DNA of 64,000 bases. Origin: Burkholderiales bacterium. Lineage in GTDB: Bacteria; Pseudomonadota; Gammaproteobacteria; Burkholderiales; JAHFRG01. The notes under the pieces were generated by a model, which did no database searches, was not told the origin of the DNA, and saw only the letters and a program-made list of their open reading frames with translations. This document shows positions 51,984-60,048 of the stretch, piece after piece. A program made the position numbers and the translations under genes. Numbering within the stretch: the first letter of the stretch is position 1; every line of letters begins with the position of its first letter. Where the stretch lies: contig DASZZH010000026.1 in assembly GCA_035543335.1 (NCBI GenBank), forward strand, positions 15,508-79,507, read 5' to 3'.

Positions 51984-52470
51984 CCCAGAGCACATCTGCG
52001 TTTCGTTTGAGGGCCTCAGTCGACGTTCCATACTTCGGCAGTAGAGCGTCGAGGAGTTTGCATATGGCAAGATCTCTTTTTCGGACATTGTTCCGGATCG
52101 CGCGCAGCTCTTCGATCACCTCTAGCCGTCCTTTCGGATCCGTAAACCGTGGAGTGTTCTTAGTCATGTATCCATGGATGACGGCGTTTCGTTGATCCAC
52201 GCCCTCGCGCAGGAAGGATTCGAAATCGCTCGGGAACTCGATCTGCCCCTTTAGGGCTGCGACGAGCCCGCCGAGCGTTTTCTCGGAATGAAAATCCCAG
52301 GAGGCCTGGAACGCCTGACCAGCAGAGGGTAGACGTTGCTCTGACATAAGGGCCAGAAGCAGACAAAGGCTGTTCTCGAATAACTGACAGATGTAGACCG
52401 TGGCTCCGAACTCCAGCATCACCGGGTCGAGTGTTTCGCGAACGTGGCTGCGCGCATCCGTCATGGGCAT
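51946..52470 (-). CDS. hypothetical all-helical protein with an Rx4H (HEPN-type) motif
   Basis: 174 aa. The motif DQRNAVIHGY lies in the middle of predicted helices. It is the first gene of the co-directional cluster. Confidence 0.45.
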   Translation of the reverse strand: MPMTDARSHVRETLDPVMLEFGATVYICQLFENSLCLLLALMSEQRLPSAGQAFQASWDFHSEKTLGGLVAALKGQIEFPSDFESFLREGVDQRNAVIHGYMTKNTPRFTDPKGRLEVIEELRAIRNNVRKRDLAICKLLDALLPKYGTSTEALKRNADVLWDALNPPTDPTSH

Positions 52471-52493
52471 CTTCGCGTTCTAACTAGTTATTG

Positions 52494-52932
52494 ACACCTA
52501 AAAAGGTGTAATTAATTGCGCCAAATTCAGCATGATTTTGTCATCCTACACCAGAATCAGGATGTCATGAGAGACCCGTTTTGGCTTGAGAAATATTCCA
52601 CTCTGTGAGCCGCCAGGCGACGAGGACAAATCGGGGGAATTCGAGCGAGCACTGTCTGAGCACGTGGCCGCGAAGCGAATCGTGCGAGTTGCGCAGCGCC
52701 CGATTTGGCTGAGGCGCGCAAGGAACCCGCAGGACGGCGAACCGGGGTCGCCTTTTCTTTGGTTAATTTCTTTTGGCGACGCAAAAGAAAGTAACCAGCC
52801 GCCGGGCTGCCCCCGGCGAATTTGGGGGTTCCCCTCACTCCCTTCGGCAAGCCTGTCCTGAGCGTTCGCGCTCATCGACTCGCTCCCTTCGACAAGCTCA
52901 GGGCGAACGGTCGAAGGACTCAGGACAGGCTC
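52494..52932. repeat. composite repeat, copy A (modules 1-4)
   Basis: It is collinear with copy C at 54294-54960. Module 1 is 52494-52570, module 2 is 52598-52750, the hairpin module GGTTAATTTCTTTTGG/CAAAAGAAAGTAACC follows, and the GCCTGTCCTGAG...CTCAGGACAGGC hairpin closes the unit. Confidence 0.75.
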
Positions 52933-53036
52933 TCCACCCTCTCCCGCAAGGGGAAAAGGTTTAATACGGAGAAACAAAAAGTCCGAGTCCGGGGCGCGTA
53001 GCTCGCACGAAACTGAGCGCGAAGTTGGGCATCTGG

Positions 53037-53315
53037 TCACGCCGCAAGCTTCGTCACGCGGAGTTGCTTGCGTCGCTGTTCCGCATGCCACAGGTCATAC
53101 TGCGTCTGCTGATTTAGCCAGCTCTCAGCAGAGGTGTCAAAAGCGATCGAGAGGCGCACAGCCATCTCCGGACTAATGCCGGCACGGCCGTTCAAGATGG
53201 CAGAGAGAGTCTTGCGGCTGACGCCAAGGCCCTTCGCCGCTTCAGTCACCGAAAGGCCGAGCGGCTCCAGGCAAAGAGACTTAATGATTTCTCCGGGATG
53301 GGGCGGATTGTGCAT
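53037..53315 (-). CDS. higA: HigA-family antitoxin (XRE HTH)
   Basis: 92 aa with [11 protein letters not shown]...[23 protein letters not shown]. The true ATG is at 53315. Confidence 0.85.
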   Translation of the reverse strand: MHNPPHPGEIIKSLCLEPLGLSVTEAAKGLGVSRKTLSAILNGRAGISPEMAVRLSIAFDTSAESWLNQQTQYDLWHAEQRRKQLRVTKLAA

Positions 53316-53331
53316 ACGCACGGCAATTCCT

Positions 53332-53614
53332 CTAATGGTAATCCTCGTAATCGACTTGATCCGCATCTTTTCCGACAAAGGTAAAAGTCACTCGCCAATT
53401 TCCGCTGACCTTTACGGCCCATGTGCCCTTGCGCTCGCCTTTTTACCGGTGAAGAGCAAGGCCGGGAAGGCCCATATCCTCTGGCGCCGTCGCGGCACTC
53501 AGGCGGCCAAGAATGAGTCGCAGACGTTCAGCGTGTGGAGGCTGGATGCCGGATTTGGAGCCGGTCTCGAAGAACCTGACCAAACCCTTGTGCTTGAATC
53601 CTGTTGCGGATCAC
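53332..53614 (-). pseudogene. higB: HigB/RelE-type toxin gene inactivated by an N-terminal frameshift and an in-frame TAA
   Basis: The minus-strand reading gives GTG-ATC-CGC-AAC-AGG-A then FKHKGLVRFFETGSKSGIQPPHAERLRLILGRL...[28 protein letters not shown]...VDYEDYH. The TAA is at 53443-53445. Confidence 0.75.
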
Positions 53615-53624
53615 ACCGACTAGT

Positions 53625-53648
53625 GTAACCGATGTAGTTACGGGTTAC
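53625..53648 (-). promoter_or_regulatory. palindromic operator candidate upstream of higB
   Basis: GTAACC (53625-53630) and GGTTAC (53643-53648) form an inverted repeat just upstream of the higB start. Confidence 0.4.
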
Positions 53649-53716
53649 AAGGTACCCAACTAGATAGTGTACTGAATTGCGACTCGGGGAACATTCTTCA
53701 CGACAGCACTTTAATA

Positions 53717-53868
53717 CCCTCTGTGAGCCGCCAAGCGGCGAGGACAAATCGGGGGAAGTGAAGCGAGCACTGTTTGAGCACGTGGCCGCGAAGCGGATCG
53801 TGCGAGTTGCGCAGCGCCCGATTTGGCCGAGGCGCGCAGGGAACCCGCAGGGCGGCGAGGCGGGGCGG
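53717..53868. repeat. composite repeat, partial copy B (module 2 only)
   Basis: CCCTCTGTGAGCCGCCAAGCGGCGAGGACAAATCGGGGGAA...GAACCCGCAGGGCGGCGA aligns with 52598-52750. It is flanked by TTGCGACTCGGGG (53677) and TTAGGCGACTCG (53889). Confidence 0.65.
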
Positions 53869-53915
53869 CTGTTGGCTCCAGCGCGGTGTTAGGCGACTCG
53901 TGGATTGCACTTCTT

Positions 53916-54257
53916 CTATTGTTTATCGAGATGGAGCCTATGCAAAATACGGTGGGCGAACGGCGCTACCAATACGGACGCCACAGCAATGAAAGCTAAG
54001 CCTGAAAATAGAGCGTAAAAGGAAGCGAAGAGCTTCGCCATTGGTTTGTGAAGAGGATCCACTGGTCCCATCCCGCTCAGAATCATCGAAGCATTCAGTA
54101 ACGCATCCAGCCATGGCAACTCTGCAAAGTAGTGGTAACCGACAACTCCAATCCCCAAACCAAAGCCCAGGACAAAAAGGGCAAGTATCACATGACGCGC
54201 AACGCGCCTTGCAAAGGTAGCACGGCTCAGGAGATGCTGCGTCCGATGTTCGTACAT
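53916..54257 (-). CDS. small two-TM membrane protein with a re-entrant-loop-like middle segment
   Basis: 113 aa. It has TM1 (VILALFVLGFGLGIGVVGY), the segment WLDALLNASMILSGMGPVDP, and TM2 (LFSGLAFIAVASVLVAPF). It is bracketed by a perfect 12-nt inverted repeat. Confidence 0.5.
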   Translation of the reverse strand: MYEHRTQHLLSRATFARRVARHVILALFVLGFGLGIGVVGYHYFAELPWLDALLNASMILSGMGPVDPLHKPMAKLFASFYALFSGLAFIAVASVLVAPFAHRILHRLHLDKQ

Positions 54258-54293
54258 GACCCGAGTCGCCTAATTAGATATAGACACCCGAAA

Positions 54294-54960
54294 AGGTGTA
54301 ATTAATTGCGCCAAATTCAGCACGATTTTGTCATCCTACACCAGAATCAAGATGTCATATGAGAACCCTTTTGGCTTGTGAAATATTCCCCTCTGTGAGC
54401 CGCCAAGTGACGAGGACAAAGCGGGGGAATTGGAGCGAGCACTGTCTGAGCGCGTAACGCGCGAGTTGCGCAGGGTCCGATTTGGCTGAGAAGCGCGGTG
54501 TGCCACGGCTCACGGTAGGCGAAGTCTTGTTGAAAGAAGGCGAGTTCGCCGCAAATAACACTGTCACTTCCGTGGCACTTGCCACTGCTCCCGCACCCCA
54601 GGCTTCGCCGACCGTGTCACAGTGGCTATCCCTTAGGGGCGGCGAGCCGAGATCGCCTTTTCTTTGGTAATTTTCTTTTGGCCGCGCAAGAGAAAGTAAC
54701 CAGCCGCCGGTGCGCCTCGGATCACGGTGAGCGCAGCTTTGTGCGGAGACGAGGAGCAGGGCTGAAAGAAACACTGTTAGCCGAGGCTTATGCGGCCGCT
54801 CCCGCACCCCAAGCTTCGCTGACCATGTCGCGGCCGCCCACCTATGAATTTGGGTTTTCCCCTCACTCCTTCGACAAGCCTGTCCTGAGCGTTCGCGCTC
54901 ATCGACTCGCTCCCTTCGACGGGCTCAGGGCGAACGGTCGCTAGGACTCAGTACAGGCTC
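54294..54960. repeat. composite repeat, copy C (modules 1-4 plus internal insertions)
   Basis: Its start is offset exactly 1800 bp from copy A. It contains two extra copies of CTCCCGCACCCCA(G/A)GCTTCGC and ends 15 nt before the leuA stop. Confidence 0.75.
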
Positions 54961-54975
54961 TACCGGCCAGCCAAA

Positions 54976-56520
54976 TCAAACCGTCATTGCCTGCGGGTTG
55001 ATTCTCTCCAGTTTGCTGTGCAATTTATTGAGCGCGCTCAGATAAGCTTTCACCGAAGCGACCACGATATCGGTATCCGCGCCCAGGCCATTGACAATGC
55101 GCCCGCCCTTGGAGAGCCGCACCGTCACCTCGCCCTGCGACTCGGTGCCGGTAGTGATGTTGTTGACTGAAAAAAGCTGCAGCTCGGTGCCGCTTTTGGC
55201 GATGCTTTCGATCGCCTTGAACGAAGCATCCACCGGACCACTGCCGTGCGATTCGGCGCGCCGCTCCTTGCCTGCTTCGGTGATCACCACGCTGGCATAA
55301 GGCTGTTTGCCGGTTTCCGAATGCGCTTTGAGCGACACCAGCTTGAAATGCTCCTGCACATGCGCCGCCGCCTCTTGGGAAACCAGCGCCTGCAAATCCT
55401 CGTCGAAGATTTCATGCTTCTTGTCAGCAAGCTCCTTGAAGCGCACAAACGCGGCGTTCACCGCGTCCTCGGATTCAAGCTCGATGCCGAGTTCGTGCAA
55501 GCGGTTCTTGAACGCACTGCGCCCGGAATGCTTGCCCAAAACCAGTTTGTTGGCGCCCCAGCCCACATCCTCGGCGCGCATGATTTCGTAGGTCTCGCGG
55601 CTCTTCAGCACCCCGTCCTGATGGATGCCGGATTCATGCGCAAACGCGTTGGCGCCGACTATGGCTTTATTGGGCTGCACGGTGAAACCGGTGATGCCCG
55701 CCACCAGGCGGCTCGCCGGAACAATCTGGGTGGTGTCGATGCGCGTATCGCACGGGAAAATATCCTGGCGGGTGCGCACCGTCATGACGATTTCCTCCAG
55801 CGCGGCGTTGCCGGCGCGCTCGCCCAGGCCGTTGATGGTGCACTCCACCTGACGCGCCCCTTGCAATACCGCGGCCAGCGAATTGGCGACCGCGAGCCCA
55901 AGGTCGTTGTGGCAGTGCACCGAAAAAACCACCTTGTCGGAATTGGGTACGCGCTCGCGCAATTGCTTGATGAGGTTCCCGAACTGCTGCGGCACGTTGT
56001 AGCCCACCGTGTCGGGAATGTTGAGCGTGGTGGCGCCGGCTTCTATGACCGCCTCCAGCACGCGGCAAAGATAATCCACTTCCGAACGCCCGGCGTCTTC
56101 CGGCGAAAATTCCACATTATCGGTGTACTGGCGCGCCCATTTAACCGCTTTCACCGCCTGCTCCAGCACTTGGTCCGGCGTCATGCGCAATTTTTTCTGC
56201 ATGTGAATCGGCGAAGTGGCGATGAAGGTGTGAACGCGCGGACTTGCCGCGCCCTTGAGCGCCTCGCCGGCACGCGCAATATCGCTTTCGATGGCGCGCG
56301 CCAGGCCGCACACCGTGCTGTCCTTGATGGTGTTGGCGACCGCCCGCACCGACTCGAAGTCGCCGTTGCTCGCCGCCGGGAACCCGGCTTCAATCACATC
56401 CACGCGCATGCGCTCGAGCTGCCGCGCAATGCGCACCTTCTCCTCGCGTGTCATCGAGGCGCCGGGGCTTTGCTCGCCGTCGCGCAAAGTGGTGTCAAAA
56501 ACAATCAATCGTTCTTTCAT
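54976..56520 (-). CDS. leuA: 2-isopropylmalate synthase
   Basis: 514 aa with [13 protein letters not shown] and [12 protein letters not shown] motifs. Confidence 0.95.
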   Translation of the reverse strand: MKERLIVFDTTLRDGEQSPGASMTREEKVRIARQLERMRVDVIEAGFPAASNGDFESVRAVANTIKDSTVCGLARAIESDIARAGEALKGAASPRVHTFIATSPIHMQKKLRMTPDQVLEQAVKAVKWARQYTDNVEFSPEDAGRSEVDYLCRVLEAVIEAGATTLNIPDTVGYNVPQQFGNLIKQLRERVPNSDKVVFSVHCHNDLGLAVANSLAAVLQGARQVECTINGLGERAGNAALEEIVMTVRTRQDIFPCDTRIDTTQIVPASRLVAGITGFTVQPNKAIVGANAFAHESGIHQDGVLKSRETYEIMRAEDVGWGANKLVLGKHSGRSAFKNRLHELGIELESEDAVNAAFVRFKELADKKHEIFDEDLQALVSQEAAAHVQEHFKLVSLKAHSETGKQPYASVVITEAGKERRAESHGSGPVDASFKAIESIAKSGTELQLFSVNNITTGTESQGEVTVRLSKGGRIVNGLGADTDIVVASVKAYLSALNKLHSKLERINPQAMTV

Positions 56521-56609
56521 GTCCGTCTCCGAATGCTGGAAATTGCGATGCAGGAACCGCTTTCAAGCGTTCCCGGGAATTCATAACTAAATGATGGAAA
56601 AGAGTGTGT

Positions 56610-56731
56610 TTAGCGCGCGAGGCGCAGCAGCAGACCTGCCAGCAGAATGCCGGCAAGGCGGGAAACTAAGCTAATGCTGCAAATGGAACTCATGGTGCAG
56701 GAAATATAATGCCTTTTGGGCGAATATGCAA
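56610..56731 (-). promoter_or_regulatory. candidate promoter plus Leu-rich 27-codon leader ORF upstream of leuA
   Basis: On the minus strand: TTGCAT (56731-56726), a 17-nt spacer, TATATT (56708-56703), then ATG at 56693 encoding MSSICSISLVSRLAGILLAGLLLRLAR and stopping at 56612-56610. Confidence 0.35.
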
Positions 56732-56766
56732 GAAGCGGGCTTAATGGGTGACGGGTCAGTTAGAAG

Positions 56767-56831
56767 CCGTTCGTGGTGAGCCTGTCGAACCATGAACGGC
56801 CGTTCCCCTTCGACAAGCTCAGGACGAACGG
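56767..56831. repeat. REP hairpin of the TTCGACAAGCTCAGGRCGAACGG family
   Basis: CCGTTCGTGGTGAGCCTGTCGAA (56767-56789) pairs with TTCGACAAGCTCAGGACGAACGG (56809-56831). The same core occurs at 52890-52920 and 54905-54940. Confidence 0.7.
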
Positions 56832-56861
56832 CCTATTCTGACCCAATTGACCGACTACACC

Positions 56862-57659
56862 TTAATGGGGCAGTGATTTATCCCCGGAGGAAGCGCTGGC
56901 AACAGGTTTGTTCTTTCTCAGTTCCCAGAACCACATAACATAGCCGGACAGCGCGTAGCCGACGAAACCACTGAAGAGCACGATGGGCGGATCCACGGAA
57001 ATCAGCACGAACGACATCACCAGGAACAGCATGAACACGAACGGCACGCTGCGGCGCAAATTGATGTCCCTGAAACTGTAATAGCGGATGTTGCTCACCA
57101 TGGAGAGGCCCGCGAACACCGTCACCCCCCAGGCCAGCCAGCGCACGTCGCCCCCTTTTACCTGATAATCGTTCATCACCCACACCAAGCCCGCAATCAG
57201 CGCCGCCGCCGCCGGACTGGGCAGTCCCTGAAAGAAACGTTTGTCCGCCACTTCAAGATTCGTATTGAAGCGCGCCAGCCTGAGCGCCGCTCCCGCGCAG
57301 TAAATGAAAGCGGCGATCCAGCCGAGTCTGCCCATGCCCTGCAGCGCCCAGACGTAAGACACCAGGGCCGGGGCCGCACCGAACGAGACCATGTCGGAGA
57401 GGCTGTCGTACTCGGCGCCAAACGCGCTCTGGGTGTGGGTGAGCCGCGCCACCCTGCCATCCAGCCCGTCAAGCACCATCGCCACAAAAATACCGATGGC
57501 GGAATACTCGAAGCGGCCGTTCATCGCCTGCACGATGGAATAAAAACCCGCAAACAAGGCCGCGGTGGTAAAGAGGTTCGGCAGCAAATAAATGCCGCGC
57601 CTGGGAAGCTTTCCTCTCAGCAGCCACTTGTTCGGTCGTTCCGGATCGTACATTTCCAC
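56862..57659 (-). CDS. pssA: CDP-diacylglycerol--serine O-phosphatidyltransferase
   Basis: 265 aa with the CDP-alcohol transferase motif DGLDGRVAR...GAEYDSLSD. Confidence 0.9.
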   Translation of the reverse strand: MEMYDPERPNKWLLRGKLPRRGIYLLPNLFTTAALFAGFYSIVQAMNGRFEYSAIGIFVAMVLDGLDGRVARLTHTQSAFGAEYDSLSDMVSFGAAPALVSYVWALQGMGRLGWIAAFIYCAGAALRLARFNTNLEVADKRFFQGLPSPAAAALIAGLVWVMNDYQVKGGDVRWLAWGVTVFAGLSMVSNIRYYSFRDINLRRSVPFVFMLFLVMSFVLISVDPPIVLFSGFVGYALSGYVMWFWELRKNKPVASASSGDKSLPH

Positions 57660-57675
57660 GGCTTACCTCTTCGGG

Positions 57676-58323
57676 CTATCTCTTCGGCAATTCCGCCAGC
57701 ACCGTTTCCGCTGCGTACACTTTCTCGCCAATGCCGGCTCTCACCGTGGCATCCAGCGGCAGATACACGTCCACCCTCGAGCCAAAGCGGATGAAGCCGT
57801 AGCGCTGGCCGCGCACCAGCGCATCGCCGCTTTTGACGTAACAGAGTATGCGCCTGGCAATCAATCCTGCAACCTGCACGCAGGTCACGTCAAAACCGTT
57901 TACCGTTTTAAGCCACAGTGCCTTGCGCTCATTATCCACCGATGCCTTTGAGAGCGCCGCGTTGATGAACTTGCCGGTATGATGCCAATCCTTTTCCACC
58001 ACCCCGTCTACCGGGCTGCGGTTGGAATGCGCGTTGAACACATTCATGAACACGCTGACCTTGAGCGCGTCACGCTGCAAATAAGGATCCTGGCAGCGCT
58101 CCACTGCGACGATGCGGCCGTCCGCCGGCGATACTACAGTATAGCCGTCGCCGGGGACATTGCGCGGCGGATCGCGGAAAAATTGCAGGATGAAAAGACT
58201 CGCGAGCCAGAACGGCGCCGACCACAACCAGCCGGCAAACAGAACGACCAACACGGAAACAATCACTGATGCCGCCAGAAAAGGCCAGCCTTCGCGGGCG
58301 ATGAGGGGATGGGGGTAATCCAT
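57676..58323 (-). CDS. psd: phosphatidylserine decarboxylase family protein (short, archaeal-type)
   Basis: The start was set at [15 protein letters not shown] (ATG 58323), and a GSR processing-type motif lies near the C-terminus. The longer ORF start lies inside a repeat. Confidence 0.85.
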   Translation of the reverse strand: MDYPHPLIAREGWPFLAASVIVSVLVVLFAGWLWSAPFWLASLFILQFFRDPPRNVPGDGYTVVSPADGRIVAVERCQDPYLQRDALKVSVFMNVFNAHSNRSPVDGVVEKDWHHTGKFINAALSKASVDNERKALWLKTVNGFDVTCVQVAGLIARRILCYVKSGDALVRGQRYGFIRFGSRVDVYLPLDATVRAGIGEKVYAAETVLAELPKR

Positions 58324-58329
58324 AGGCGA

Positions 58330-58422
58330 GTTCAGTGTTGAGTGTTGAGTGTTGAGTGTTGAGTGCAAAACCAACGTCAGCTCCATTATTTCACTCTCAA
58401 CTCCAAACCCCGAACACTCAAC
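58330..58422. repeat. heptamer-tandem hairpin, copy 1
   Basis: The left arm is five tandem heptamers, GTTCAGT then 4x GTTGAGT (58330-58364). The right arm, CACTCTCAACTCCAAACCCCGAACACTCAAC (58392-58422), is complementary. Confidence 0.75.
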
Positions 58423-58428
58423 TTTCAA

Positions 58429-59951
<1,523 letters not shown>

Positions 59952-59963
59952 TTTCAGCTAAGC

Positions 59964-60038
59964 GTTAAGTGTCAGGCGTTCGGCGTTGAGTGTGATGCGC
60001 GTCAGATGGGTTTCACTCAACCCCCAACACTCAACACC
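59964..60038. repeat. heptamer-type hairpin, copy 2
   Basis: GTTAAGTGTCAGGCGTTCGGCGTTGAGTGTG (59964-59994) faces CACTCAACCCCCAACACTCAACACC (60014-60038), between ilvI and ilvH. Confidence 0.65.
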
Positions 60039-60048
60039 AAACTGCGTT

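Noticed and set aside
52546-53091. A 181-aa minus-strand ORF, together with overlapping ORFs on both strands.
   Set aside because: It is composed entirely of composite repeat A. The same 'protein' segments recur wherever the repeat recurs (53677-53892, 54355-54944), so they are translations of non-coding repeats.
53889-54273. Possible integron gene cassette. GTTAGGC (53888-53894) matches the GTTRRRY core, and its complement, read on the minus strand just after the ORF stop, gives GCCTAAC (RYYYAAC).
   Set aside because: No integron integrase or attI is nearby. At the other boundary the minus strand reads TTAGGC without the preceding G. I could not trace an attC-type imperfect palindrome with extrahelical bases. 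The match is short enough to be chance within a REP-rich region.
54355-54944. ORFs of 150 aa (minus strand) and 121 aa (plus strand).
   Set aside because: They lie within composite repeat C, for the same reason as above.
55246-56586. A 446-aa ORF on the plus strand.
   Set aside because: It is antisense to leuA, and its composition is that of a shadow ORF.
58330-58364. Tandem heptamer run considered as a CRISPR-like or coding repeat.
   Set aside because: The units are 7 nt with no spacers, and no cas genes are present. The ORF that includes them (psd extended to 58428) has a better internal start with family-typical N-terminus.
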